From assembly GCF_006345805.1 (NCBI RefSeq), contig NC_043005.1, positions 104,966,001 through 105,030,000 of the forward strand: a stretch of 64,000 nucleotides of DNA. The letters are read 5' to 3'. Below the pieces are notes generated by a model. That model made no database searches. It was not told the DNA's origin and saw nothing but the letters and a program-made list of their open reading frames with translations. This DNA comes from Octopus sinensis. Lineage: Eukaryota. Each line of letters starts with the position of its first letter. The stretch's first letter is position 1. Of the stretch, positions 1 to 13,559 are shown piece after piece. The translations under genes were made by a program, and so were the position numbers.

Positions 1-280
1 ACACATACAAATATAACATACACACACCACATAAACACATATGCTCGTGCAAACTTCTTCAAGCACAATCCCTGCACACATTCACAAATAAACATGAAAC
101 CATTTACGCAAACAAATTAGATAATTCTACATAAAGTCTCATGTATGCACACAAATTCATGTATAACACTTCAGACACACATAAACACTCGCGCACGCGC
201 ACGCACGCACTCACACACATACACACACGTGCAGCTTTCTCATTATATATACACTATATATATATATATGCATGTGTGTA

Positions 281-325
<45 letters not shown>

Positions 326-485
326 ATATATATGTGTGAGTATGTATGTATGTGTATATATATATATATATATATAAATGTGAAACAAGGTGGAAAAAAG
401 AGCACTATTCAACAAAACCTGTTACTCTGAGTTTCCGTTGCCGTTCATCGGATAGTTTTTGCTGCTTCAAATAAAGTATATATAC

Positions 486-554
<69 letters not shown>

Positions 555-561
555 GTGTGTG

Positions 562-603
<42 letters not shown>

Positions 604-1296
604 ATATATATATATACACATAACCACACACAAGCACGGACATATGCTTGCACACACACACGCACGTACACACGCACGTACACACGCACATTCACACACA
701 CACACACTCTCTCTCTCTCACACACACATACACACACATCCATAAATACCCAACTCCACTATTGCACCTTCCCCCTACCGCGTATTATTATCAGCCTGTC
801 TATTTCCTGACGAATCAATAACATTAACAGTGCATCAGTACTAAAAGACCGACATAAACACATTAGGGTGGCCTCTAAGTAGTCCGCTAGAAATAACAGC
901 CAGTTTCTCTCATATTACATCCCATCAACATGAAAATGACACATTAGATAATGTGGGCCTGAGTTACCAGAAGGGAGAAAGCCGGGTAAGTCACACTTGG
1001 AATACCTTTGATATTAGATCTGCTGAATCAGCTTGGGATTAATAGCAACGACACAACACCATGTGCGTGCGTGTCTGTGTGTGCGTGCGTGTCTGTGTGT
1101 GTGTGCGTGTCTGTGTGTGCGTGCACGCGCCTATGTGTATGCGTATGTGTGTTTGTGTGGATCTAAGCGTCTCTATTACTCCACCCCACTCTCTCACTGT
1201 CTCTCTGTGTCTCCCTTGAGAGATGGCATATATATGTACATATATGAGTTTGCATATGTGTAAATGTATATATATATGTATGTATGTATATATCTA

Positions 1297-1356
<60 letters not shown>

Positions 1357-1496
1357 AGTATATATATATGTGTGTGTGTATGTATATATACACAGGGACA
1401 CACACACATATATACACACACACACACAACACACACACATATAATATAAACACACACACACGCACATATGTATATGTATATTTGTGTATGTTCATC

Positions 1497-1670
1497 ACCA
1501 CTTGACAATCGGTGTTGTTTTGTTTATATCCACGTAAACCAGCGGTTGGGCAAAAGGGACTGATATAGAATAAATCTCAGGCTTGGAAATAAATAGTAGG
1601 GGTCGCTTTGTTTGTGATAACTCTTCACGGTGGTGCCCCAGAATAGCGGCAGGCCAATGACAACAAAAAA
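1497..1670 (+). mobile_element. Degenerate 3' half of tRNA-derived SINE family 1
   Basis: CTTGACAATCGGTGTTG...CAAAAGGGACTGATATAGAATAA...GGTGGTGCCCCAGAATAGCGGCAG aligns by eye to the 3' half of the full copies at 34832 and 55091. Confidence 0.6.
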
Positions 1671-2024
1671 TGGAAGATATCATAACTAAGATGTTCGTGA
1701 TTGATTCTAAACTTGGGAATTCGGTAAAGTGAGGTGTGTCCACATTCTCACGAAGCAACAACGATCTCTGGCGTGATTTAGTGACAGTTGTGCGGTAGTT
1801 TCTGTCTGGTAGCCGGATGATGTAATTGCCCGTGTCTTCGTGTAGCTATTGATTGTAGTAATTTGTTGTTTAGATGACATATGTTGGTACTTTTTCGTTT
1901 AACAAAGTACAGATCCATTCAAATATTATCAAAGTATTTTGCTCCTCATAACTCACCTTTTTAGTAAGAATAAAAAAAACCCAGTTTGCATCCATACAAT
2001 GAAAACTACCAAGTCTATCCAAAT

Positions 2025-2200
2025 ATTAGTTTCAAATTTTTCGCTCAAAGCCTGCAATTTCAGGGTAGAGAGTAAGTCGATTACATCGATCCCGAAAGGA
2101 TAAAAGACGGAGTCGATCTGGGAGGAATTTGAACTCAGAACATAAAGACGGATGAAATGCTGCTAAACATTTACTCAGCGTACTGAAAATTCCACCCGAT
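2025..2200 (-). mobile_element. Degenerate SINE family 2 copy
   Basis: Reverse complement contains TTCTGAGTTCAAATTCC (B-box-like) and CTTTTATCCTTTCGGGATCGATGTAATCGACT, as in the copies at 11788 and 48745. Confidence 0.6.
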
Positions 2201-2980
2201 CACCATCTTAGTCTATTCAAATATTATCACTCTTTATTTTAAAATGGAAGCAAAATGGGTTCTTATATATTTTGTTTCTTCGCCATGGGGATTTTAGGAC
2301 TAGTTTGAAAAGGTTAAGACCATCTTAATTCTATGGCAACCTGCTCTCTTTTGAATCTTCCCAGGTAACATGAGGAAATCTGAGTTAGGTTAAACACTCA
2401 GGAGTAAAGCTAATCAGCATAAAACATCTCAAAAATTCGATTTGAGGACTTCATAAAAGTCCTTGCAATAAAAGAGGAAGAAAGAATGCCTTTTTTTAAT
2501 TTATAAGCATTATTTTGTATCGTAGTTTAAGGTTAGACAGTAATAGAATAAAAAAAAATGTTTATTTTTATAGGAATAATGATATTTCTTCATTAGAATT
2601 TTTGTTTTTCAATAAATGATCACTCATATTGATTTTTGTTGAAAGAATCGTTTTCAATATTTTTTTTTATATAATTAGCATTTTCTCTTTTTAACAGCTT
2701 AAACAAAAAAGAATTTTAAAAAGTGTTAAAAATCTGCTTTTTTATTGTTCTGTTGCCCTATTTATAATTGGTTTGTATTGCTGTTATTTAGTGCTAAATG
2801 TATGAATTTAGAAAAGGCCCAGAATAGCGTTTGGCCTATTGCAATACCCGGCTAGAAAACTGAATTTTAATCTATTATATTAAACTCTTAAATGTTGGTA
2901 TCTGATCAGTTAGACGATGGACGGAGCGAGGAAGGCACCGTTTTTAGAGTAGCTTTTACAGCATCAGCCGACCTTAAACA

Positions 2981-3047
2981 GTGGCTCTGAACTCGGAACC
3001 ATGTGGTTGGGGAGCAAACTTCTTACCATACAGCCACGCCTGCGCCT
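2981..3047 (-). mobile_element. SINE family 1 tRNA-like head fragment
   Basis: Reverse complement AGGCGCAGGCGTGGCTGTATGGTAAGAAGTTTGC...CACATGGTTCCGAGTTCAG matches the head of the full copies. Confidence 0.7.
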
Positions 3048-3423
3048 GTAATCAGGCGCTGGTGTAAGATATATCCTTCATAAATTATCAATATACATAG
3101 AAGTAAGCTACGCTATCAAAATTAAAGAAAATGGTTACAGAACAAGTTTCAACCCTATATTAACCCGAAATTCGTCCGCTCCACACAGAGAGGATATTAA
3201 CAGTTTTTATTTCTCCTTTTTTTCCTTCTTATTTTTAAAATATACACGTTCTCGGTCAGAGCTAAACTGGCCAATCTGAACGAAACCCGTATAACATGAA
3301 ATTAAAAATATATCAAAATTGCCAGTCTTCTATACATACATACATACATACATACATACATACATACATACATACATACATACATACATGCATGCATACA
3401 TACATACATGCATGCATATATTA

Positions 3424-3456
<33 letters not shown>

Positions 3457-3591
3457 CATACATACATACATACATACTTACATATATATATATATATAAT
3501 ATTATATAATATACACACACACACAAACACTCGCGCGTACACACACACATACACACATGTATACATTGGCTTTACAGGATATGTTCTAATC

Positions 3592-3775
3592 CAGTGCTTA
3601 GCAACCGGTATGCTGCGGCACACTGGTGTGCCATGAGACGATGCTAAGTGTGCCGCAGTGTTACCTGAATATAATTTTTTCCCTGTACGTTTAGCTATAG
3701 TTTTAGCAGAGGTGTGCCGCTGAATTTTGAGAAGTATATAGGTGTACTGCAAGAAAAAAAAGTTGCGGTGCACTG
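3592..3775. mobile_element. hAT (Charlie-like) MITE
   Basis: Imperfect TIRs CAGTGCTTAGCAACC / AAGTTGCGGTGCACTG; internal GTGTGCCGC repeats; flanking 8-mers TTCTAATC and CTCAAAGC (5/8) fit a decayed 8-bp TSD. Confidence 0.6.
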
Positions 3776-4029
3776 CTCAAAGCTACTTAATCAAGATATT
3801 AATAGTTTACAAGTGCTAACAACTGTTACTTCTGTTTTCTTTCACGAGATACATAACTTACATCTGTAGGTTTTGTAGATTGAATAAACCAACATATTAC
3901 TGGTATTATTTCGTTTCAATCAAGACCGGATGCTGGATAAAATGTAAAGATTGATCCTTGTGGTATTTGATATCGACACGTAATATGGCGAAACAGACAC
4001 ACTGTAACTCATCAGAACGTTTTCCATAC

Positions 4030-4442
4030 TCTTTGTTCTTTACTCTTTTACTTGTTTTAGTCATTTGACTGCGGCCATGCTGGAGCACCGCCTTTAGTCG
4101 AAGAAATTGACCCCAGGACTTATTCTTTGTAAGGTTAGTACTATTCTATCGGTCTCTTTTGCCAAACCGCTAAGTTACAGGGCCCTAAACACACCAGCAT
4201 CGGTTGTCAATCTATGTTGGGGGACACAAACGCACACACACAAACACAGACACACTTATATATACATATACATATATACAACGGGCTTCTTTCAGTTTCC
4301 GTCTACCAAATCCACTCACAAAGCTTTGGTCGGCCCGAGGCTATAGTAGAAGACACTTGCCCAAGGTGCCACGCTGTGGGACTGAACCCGGAACCATGTG
4401 GTTGGTAAGTAAGCTACTTACCACACAACCACTCCTACGCCT
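4030..4442 (-). mobile_element. Full-length tRNA-derived SINE family 1
   Basis: Head with A-box-like GTGGTTGTGTGG and B-box-like GGTTCAGTCC, CCTTGGGCAAGTGTCTT core, central (TA)/(TG) microsatellite, 3' CGGTGCTCCAGCATGGCCGCAGTCAAATGAC and A-rich tail. Confidence 0.9.
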
Positions 4443-5245
4443 GATAAGTGCATGATAAGTGCATTTTAATATTGGTGGCCCCTACATCCCACGGTTACCT
4501 TATCCATCAACTCAGTAACAAACTACAACACCAATGATATCTGCATCCCGATTTCGTTTTATCCAGCAGTACTTGGGGATTTATAAACCGTCGGAGTTCG
4601 CTCTATGTTTATAGAATACGGCTAGTTTAGGACCTGGGATAGCAACTTAATATCTTCAGCGTGGACTGTCATCGCGTTATTGATCTATTCGCGTAAAGAT
4701 TTAAATATCTGGTGTTCTCTGAAGTCAAACTATTGTAAAATAGCGTTTCACAGAGGTCCTCTGATGTCAACGACTACTGCAACGTTTTTTTTTTTGTTTT
4801 TTTTTACTGAGGTCCTCTGAAGTCAAAAACTCTTGTAAAATAGTGTATTTATTTGATAGTTATCTGATGATATCTTCGACAATTTATATCCATAAAATAT
4901 GATAAACAGGCTTTTTTTATTTAATTTTTTTTTTCACCAATGAAGATAAAGATATCAGAGTTTGAGTGATCTGAACTTTATCGATCTTACATATTATCTC
5001 TACGATAAACCGTTCAACACACTCTCTCTCTTTCTCTCCCTCTCCATCTCTCTTCTTCTCTCCCTCCCTCTCTCTCCTTCGCTCCCTCCTTCTCTCTCCT
5101 TCCCTCCATCTCTCTCTCTTTCTCTCCATCTCTATGTATCTTACTATTTAACAATAATGTACATTCGTCCCCTATGTACGTGCGCGTGTGTGTCTATATA
5201 TATATATGTGTGTGTGTTTATGCTAAATGTATATGTATGCGTGTA

Positions 5246-5285
<40 letters not shown>

Positions 5286-5325
5286 GTCTGTTGCCTGACT
5301 GTCTGTTCTATCTGTATATATGTAG

Positions 5326-5371
<46 letters not shown>

Positions 5372-5421
5372 GAGTGTGTGTGTGTGTGTCTATGTATATA
5401 TATGTGTGTGTATATGCATCT

Positions 5422-5466
<45 letters not shown>

Positions 5467-5620
5467 TATATGGCCTGCTCGCTAGCCAGCGGGGTGGCCT
5501 CATTTGAAGGCAAAAAACAATGCGAAGCGCATTGTGACCAGCGATGTGTAGCAACATCTGATAGCCTGGTCGGTCACGGTGATCACGTTGATATATATAT
5601 ATATATATATATTACTTGTC

Positions 5621-5906
5621 ACTACTATAGCCTCGGGCCAACCAAAGCCATGTGAGTGAATTTGATAGACGGAAACTAAGAGAAGCTAAGCTCTTCGTAT
5701 GTTTGTGTGTGTCCCGCCCCATCATCTGACAACCGATATTTGTATGTTTACCTCCCCGCAACCTAACAGTTCAGAAAAAGAGACCGATTGAATAAGTACA
5801 AAGAATAAATCCTGGTGTCGATTTTTTCGACGAAAAAACCTCTTACGGCGGTGCTCCAGCACGGCCGCAGTCAAATGACTGAAAACAAGAAAAGTTAAAG
5901 AATAAA
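5621..5906 (+). mobile_element. 5'-truncated SINE family 1
   Basis: CTATAGCCTCGGGCCAACCAAAGCC...GAGACCGATTGAATAAGTAC...GGCGGTGCTCCAGCACGGCCGCAGTCAAATGACTG. Confidence 0.8.
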
Positions 5907-5935
5907 ATATATATACATATAATTATATATAGATA

Positions 5936-5987
<52 letters not shown>

Positions 5988-6052
5988 GTATATATATACA
6001 TATATATATATGTATATATATTTGAGTGTCTGTGTGAGAGAGAGAAAGAGAT

Positions 6053-6097
<45 letters not shown>

Positions 6098-6759
6098 GAG
6101 AAAGATAGGGAGTGCATCCTGTGCAAGATTTATAATAATAACCTGCAAAACAATGCTTCAGTTACTTATAACTCTGCATTTTTTTTACAACTTCGTCGTC
6201 GTACATTGTAAAATCTTATCTTTATACACGCAGTTTACTCGATGCACGCGATTTCTACACTCATTATTTTTCAGCTTCTTTTACTTGTTCATCACTCCCT
6301 TTGTATACATATACATACATAAATATAAATATAATATATATATATTTACATACACACATATACAAACATACACATATATATATACATATATGCATATATA
6401 TATATATATATACATATGTATATATATACATATATATATGTGCAGATATATATGTGTGTCTGTGTGTGTGGGGGGTGTATTTATACACACATGATTATAT
6501 ATATAGTGAAGATCTCTCCCTACCGATTCTTTATTTCCCGTTGTGTTTCGCTTATTTTAATAAATGAGATGATCCATTAGTCTCTTTCAACACCCGTTGT
6601 TATAGTATTTAGATATGAATATTTTGCACATGCTCCATTATCAAATATAAGGATTCTCTTCTTCAATTAATCGCAATCGTCCGAAAACTGGAACCGTGAT
6701 ACTCGGTGTTGTAATGATTTTTGCATTCAGATTTTAGTTTTATGGTTACATACGCGTGT

Positions 6760-6790
6760 TTCATATATATATATATATATTATATATATA

Positions 6791-6853
<63 letters not shown>

Positions 6854-6957
6854 TACATACATTATATATATTACATATATATATATAACATACAACACAT
6901 ATATATATATAATATATACATTTACACACACAACCATACATAATATATATATATTAT

Positions 6958-7000
<43 letters not shown>

Positions 7001-7049
7001 GTATATATGGTATATGTATATAGTATATATATATAATATATATATGTAC

Positions 7050-7093
<44 letters not shown>

Positions 7094-7260
7094 CATACAT
7101 ACACATATATAATAATATATATATAATATATAGTATACATTTACAACACACACACACATACACACATACAATATATATATATATATAAATATATATATAT
7201 ATATTATATATATTATATATTATATAGATATATTATATATATATTATATATATATGAATA
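6760..7260. repeat. About 500 bp interrupted (TA)n/(CA)n microsatellite block; one of dozens (e.g. 245-375, 485-740, 18275-18440, 19150-19500, 26800-27100, 56715-57000)
   Basis: Read directly from the sequence. Confidence 0.97.
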
Positions 7261-7824
7261 AGATCATTTTTAGTGGTGTTCCACCATGACCGCTGTTCGC
7301 AGAAGAAAGCTGTCGAAATAGTAAAAGAGAATATATGCGTGTATGTGTTTGAGTGCATGTATATGTGTGTATGTACGTGTATATATGTGTACATACATGT
7401 ATGTACGGATATGTATATACGTCCGTCTTTATATAATTGTAGATGTACGCGCAAACACTATGTAAACAATTAAACAAACTCTCCTCCACGCTTCAGTCTC
7501 AGATAATAGTATACACCCTGAAGCCCACGCACACGAACTCTTGGATATACTTTTCCTCTCTCACGTGCACACCAAAAACACTCTCACACATGTATATCTA
7601 TATAACTATACACATAAATGTATACACACAAACACACGCATATATATATATATATATATATATGCGTGTGTGTGTGTGTATATATATATATGGCCATATG
7701 TATATATATGCATATGTATCATACACACACATATATGCATATATATGTATACAAACACACATATATGTATGTATGTATGTATGTAGGTGTATCTTATATA
7801 TATAGATATATATATATAATATAT

Positions 7825-7887
<63 letters not shown>

Positions 7888-8006
7888 TGGTGTGGTGTAT
7901 ATATATATATATGGTCATATGTATATATATGCATATGTATCATACACACAATATATACATATATATGTATACAAACACACATATATGTATGTATGTGTTG
8001 TGTGGG

Positions 8007-8055
<49 letters not shown>

Positions 8056-9467
8056 CATATATAAGTACAGAACATAAACTCACTCTTAATAGTAACACGA
8101 AGGTATATAAGTATATATTTCTAAAGATACATCTATATGTGTTGAAATAGGAGTTGGTATGTTGTATCGATCCATTGTCTCACTTAGATATTGGAAGAAA
8201 TCGATAAGAACTTCATCTTAAGATTCAAAGCTAAAAAGAAAAATCTGTATTGCATTTCTTCTCCAGCTGAGAGATTATATACTTGCTCCCAGAAACTACG
8301 TCATTAAATTCTTCTTCATATTCTACTAAATTGTATATATGTTGATGTACTCAGACCGACAGCGGCGCACACTCACGCACGCACACAAAAAGAAGCACAT
8401 GCAGACACACACACACATACACACACACACACACACACATGTATATACACACATATATGTGTGTGTATGTGTACATATATATACATATATGTACATATAT
8501 AGACAGACACACTGTTACATACACATAAACACACACACACACACATATATACACTCATATATGTGTGTGTATGTGTACATATATATACATATATATACAT
8601 ATATACACAGACACACTGTTACATACGCATAAACACACACACACGCACACATATATATGTATATACACATACATGTGTGTGTGTGTATGTGTACATATAT
8701 AGATATATATTCATATATACACAGACGCAGTGTTACATACACATACTCATACGCGCGTGTATGTGTTTGGGTATGTTCATTTATATAAATTACATACGCA
8801 TATACAACGATATTACTTATATATTTTTATACATATATTATTTATATTTATATTTGAGCGATTCTTCTATGTAAACGCAAGTATGTATATAAACGCAAAC
8901 TGTCTAAACATATATTGTACATATGCATAAACAAATATATAGTTACGCTACACATAACGGCTCTAATGTATATTCGTATGAATACAATTATTAAAACATA
9001 TTCGTCCTTATATACATACACACACACACATATATATATATATATAAATACCTATGTCTATATATACGCTTGCATATATACATTTATATTCATAAGTATG
9101 ACACCTTTTGCGCTGTAAATTTGTATCTATACATATTCACGCATATCTCACATATCTCTCAGAAATTAGATATTATGTACCAAAACATTCGTATATTTGT
9201 TGCAACTGATGTTTTGATAGAGAAGCTTTAGGGGTGGCCACGTCTGTGTAACAAGAGCCATGACTAGTATCAGAATATGTCCTTTAGCAAGTGTCCATCA
9301 AATAGAAACGTATACAGTCTAATACACGTGCAGCAGAGGATTTTGTCTCATAATTGTTATACATAAATTCATAGATACACACCCACACATACACAGGGAC
9401 ACACACATACACAGACACACACGGACACACACGGACATACATACACACACAAAAAAACACACATATG

Positions 9468-9798
9468 TATTTGTGTATTAAGGCTACCATTGGTTTCATG
9501 TTCAGGAAAATATCTGAATATCTCAATTATTGAAGCCGATCACATGGAAAAATGGTGTTCGCTTCCATTTTGAATGAAAACAAAAATGTTTCGGGTAAGA
9601 AGAAATAAAGGGGCGCTTTTTCTCATTTTGTTTACGAGATTTTTTACGAATTTCCTGGAATTTTTCGCGAGACATTTTTGTGTTTTCACACAAAATGGAG
9701 ACGAACATCATTCCTTCATGCGATCGGCCTGAATGATTGTTAAGACATTAAGATAGTTTTCTTAACATGAAACCAATAGGATCCTTAATACACAAATA
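9468..9798. mobile_element. Foldback MITE with ~130-bp imperfect inverted arms
   Basis: Left TATTTGTGTATTAAGGCTACCATTGGTTTCATGTTCAGG...GCCGATCACATG...TTCCATTTTG matches the reverse complement of the right side ending GAAACCAATAGGATCCTTAATACACAAATA. Confidence 0.75.
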
Positions 9799-10190
9799 AA
9801 TTTTGTCCACCAATGTAGAGTTGAGCACTCATTCTCGTCGTTCGACATTTACTTACATTCATACACACACATACTCACGTGTGTATATATATATATATAT
9901 ACATACAACCCAGGAACTCGGGTCCGTGTGTATCACGTCAGGCTGGAGATGGGAAGGATGACTTCCCTTTGCAAATACTAATAGGGCACAGAGAGTGTGT
10001 CAATAGCTAACTGAAGGAGATGTCTTCCATGGGCTAAAAGCTACAGTAGCATTAACCCTTAAGGGTTAGATACATTTAGGTCGCAAATATACTGCACAAT
10101 GTCGTGTAGCTACTGTTTATACCTCGCTCAGAGACTTTTTATATATATATATGTGTATGTGTGTGTGTGTGTGTGTGTGTGTATGAAATG

Positions 10191-10349
10191 CACATTAAGT
10201 ACAGGACATCGCCAACGAGTGAAAAATCTCATTGGTGATGCCCTATACTTATTGTGCATTTTTGGGGTGGGGGGAGTATTTTGTCATGTACTTATCTCTC
10301 GTATGTTTACCTTTTTTTCACTCGTTCGTGATGTCTTGTACTTAATGTG
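10191..10349. mobile_element. 159-bp MITE with 36-bp TIRs, probably Tc1/mariner-derived
   Basis: CACATTAAGTACAGGACATCGCCAACGAGTGAAAAA versus the reverse complement of the right end, 33/36 identical; flanks TG and TA (decayed TA TSD). Confidence 0.75.
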
Positions 10350-10425
10350 TATTTTTTATATATTTATTTTTCATTTATTTATAATTGAACGCCACGCAAA
10401 CTTGTCCACAGTAAATTCATACATT

Positions 10426-10456
<31 letters not shown>

Positions 10457-10704
10457 GATATATATATATATATATATATATGGCGGGAGGGGGGTATACT
10501 AGCTTCACTTGACATAAAAACCCGTGATCATGTAGGACACATCCCTCATCTGACGAGATGGACAAATCCTACGGTCCGAGATAGCTTCGTCTTGTGCAGT
10601 CGAATCAAACAGCTTTCAAATTTAAATCTCTTACCAAATGTGTTGAGTTTTCTCTTTCGTCTGTACACGCTTCCGTGTATGTACGCATGTATGTATGTAT
10701 GTAT

Positions 10705-11225
10705 GCACACTTTCGAGTGCTACTGGTAACATGTAACCCAGTACAACCTGTTGCATGGTCGGGTCGTCGGCGACTAAACCGGCAACTCCACCAAGCTTGC
10801 TTGGTGAGGAGGGTGTTAATTGGACACCCTGCGGGATGAAAAACAAAACCCGTCAAAGGGCGGAGGAACACTTGAGAGTCAACGGCCATCCAATAAATGT
10901 CTTAAAGCTGTATCATGTGCGGGGACATAGAAATAATCGTACTGAATACCCAATCGCGCGGTTAAACCATTGGGAGTGAAGGACTCCTAGCCTTTGTTAG
11001 GGCATCCTTCTAGGAGAAGGTAACTCGGGTAACTTGGATAACTCCGACATAAAACCTGCGGCTCAGTGGTTACCGATGATGTTGTCTTGTTCTTCTTTTC
11101 AGATTATGGCCGGTGTTGCTTAGTGAGTGGGATTGACTCTGTGCACAGCGTTTCCTCACTTTAAAAAAACTTCTTGCACAGGCATTGCACGATAAACAAT
11201 TGATTAAGCTTCGTGCAATGGCCAT
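10705..11225 (+). mobile_element. 5' leader (UTR) of an RTE-clade LINE with no ORF attached
   Basis: GGGCATCCTTCTAGGAGAAGGTAACTC...AAAACC (from 11000) resembles the motif I recognise upstream of RTE/BovB-type ORFs; GC-rich hairpins at 10786-10829. Confidence 0.5.
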
Positions 11226-11357
11226 ACTCGATAACGAGGGGGCATGCCACGTATGTATGTATGTATGTATGTATGTATGTATGTATGTTGTAGTATGTAT
11301 GTATGTATGTGTATGTATGTATGTATTATGTTGTTTATTTATGTATGTATGTATGTC

Positions 11358-11392
<35 letters not shown>

Positions 11393-11414
11393 ATCTATCT
11401 ATCTATCTATATAT

Positions 11415-11474
<60 letters not shown>

Positions 11475-11787
11475 CCGTGTGCAATGTGTTACCAAAAAGG
11501 AAAAGTATAATTGTTAGTAAATATAGCTAGGGTGTTAGAACAACTACATTGCTAGAAATAAGAGCTAAAAACCTCTAATGCTGCAGTTAAAGAACATAAT
11601 TGCATATATATGTTGTTCCATATATTTCATAATTTATGTAAACATAGTTCTCTGTTTTAAAAATACCTCTTGAAGACTAATTCTATTGTACAATGAGCGA
11701 TGTGATTGTATAGTTGCTATATATACTTGAATTTGAAGTAGACTGTAAATAAATATAGAATTGTTTATTATTAATAATAATAAAAAT

Positions 11788-12006
11788 GGCGGCGGGTTGA
11801 CAGAATCAATAGCACTCCGGACACAATTATTATCGGTATTTCTTGCGGCTCTATATTTTGAGTTCAAATTCCACCGAGATTGTGTTTGCCTTTCATCATT
11901 TCAGGGTTGATAAGACAAGTACCAGTTGAAAACTGGTGCTTATGCAATCGACTAGCCCCTGGCTCCAAAGTTTCAGGCCCTGCGCCTTTGGTAGGAAGAA
12001 TCATTA
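11788..12006 (+). mobile_element. SINE family 2 (tRNA-derived)
   Basis: GGCGGCGGGTTGACAGAATC head, GAGTTCAAATTCC B-box, TTTGCCTTTCATCATTTCAGGGTTGATAA, AGTACCAGTTG, TCGACTAGCCCC. Confidence 0.75.
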
Positions 12007-12724
12007 ATTATTGACTGTCAGAGACTTCTCCCTAAGAACCTTTTGTAAGAAAGCAGTAACTTACTTCTTTGTCTTGGGACTAAACACTAATCACATCCAT
12101 CAACGGAGTCAATGAATACTGTCCCCACTAGTTAATGAATGTTATATCTAAAAAAAAAAAGGCAGCCTGCGCATTTCATTCCCGAATAAAATCGACTAAA
12201 TTACAATTTGTTCATACCCTCTGCTTAATTCTCACCGTTAAAGCGGTGAATACAGAAGTGAAGAATATTTCTTAAATTTACTCTCAAGTTTCTAATTTAT
12301 TGATGTATATTGAATGTAATTTCTCATTCAATAAAACAAGACCTCATTTATAGTGTTTAAAGTGTTTTTCTTTATAAAGTATTCATTTTGTTATTATAGG
12401 TTACTACTAACCCCCAGAATAAAAGCTTATTAGCTATATATTAATGAATATGAGGAAAAGCATGAACAATAAGATATTTAAAGCATATGCATGTGTATAT
12501 GTGTACAAGTACATGCGCGTTTTACATGAGAGAAAGGGAAAAGAATAAAAGAAAGAAAGGATGGATGGATGGATGGATGGGTGAAAGATAGACAGGCAAG
12601 AGTGTGCACGCAATTTAATTACAAGTTTTTAAGCTTTTGTTCATCAGAATAAAAAAAAAGTACAAAGGATCAAAAGAAAAATAGGTTTAAAGGATAAGGA
12701 AAAGACTATAACATTACAAGTATG

Positions 12725-13170
12725 GCGTACCACAGACGGTAAGAGACTCAACACCATTTCAAGAACTACAATCAATTGGGAAGTTTCTGGCACTGACGAA
12801 AATCAACAACTGACAATAAAGTGGCCAAAGCCCCACCCCCAATCAATATTTATGAACATGTAGCTAGGATATTCAATGAATTGCAACCCTTCTATTTGGT
12901 CCCTTGCCAAAAAGGAACTCTAGTAATATTTTTGGTCCACGGAGAATGCGTCTACATTTGTTGTCTGTTTTGAAGCCAGCTCTACACGGCTTGCACGAAA
13001 TAAATCTTGAACAAAAAATATCTCCCTCCACTTCACCAACTTCATAATATAGACATTACACACAGAAGCATTTCCAGCTAATTCAAATCAACAAAGTCAT
13101 TGCCCATGACTATCTCTCTTCCAATACCTTCAGAAAATGTATCCCATAAGTAGACCCTTTCCTTACCAAT
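12725..13170 (-). pseudogene. Highly decayed AP-endonuclease-like remnant of an L1/Tx1-type LINE
   Basis: Minus-strand ERVYLWDTFSEGIGREIVMGNDFVDLN resembles the APE IIxGDFNxxL motif; GFGHF resembles SDH; many stops. Confidence 0.35.
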
Positions 13171-13559
13171 TGCTTCAGTTTTCTTTCTCTTTCTCTCCCT
13201 CTTCCCCCTTTCTCTGTTTCTGTCTTTCTATTTATTTTTATCTCTTGATCTAGATATCTATTTCGATCTTTCGAAATATGCTATTGTGTGTCTCATTCTC
13301 GAGAAAGATGCGTGTCCTGTTCCCCATCAAATACCGCCCTATCGAAAACTGCTCTGTCCCCATCAAACTGCTCTGTCTCCATCAAAACCGCTCTATCGAA
13401 AACCCAATCAAAAACCGCTCTGACTTCTAACATATCAAACGTAATGGGGGTAGCCTATAGCAACACTGATTTCGGAACGACTGTGAGGGCCATGGGAACA
13501 ATTCCTTTCTCGCGATTAGTAATCGATACAATAAAATGTGGACTCTACAATGGAATCTC

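Noticed and set aside
1680-1920. Non-repetitive stretch with short open frames on the minus strand
   Set aside because: No recognisable motif or splice pair; the frames are within chance length.
4710-4850. Three degenerate GGTCCTCTGA(A/T)GTCAA units as nuclear-receptor sites
   Set aside because: Half-sites are imperfect; a small local tandem duplication explains them.
10545-10590. CTGACGA-GAT-GGAC..GTCC-GAGA as a hammerhead
   Set aside because: Three extra bases before helix II, GAGA instead of GAAA, and no helix I or III partner found.
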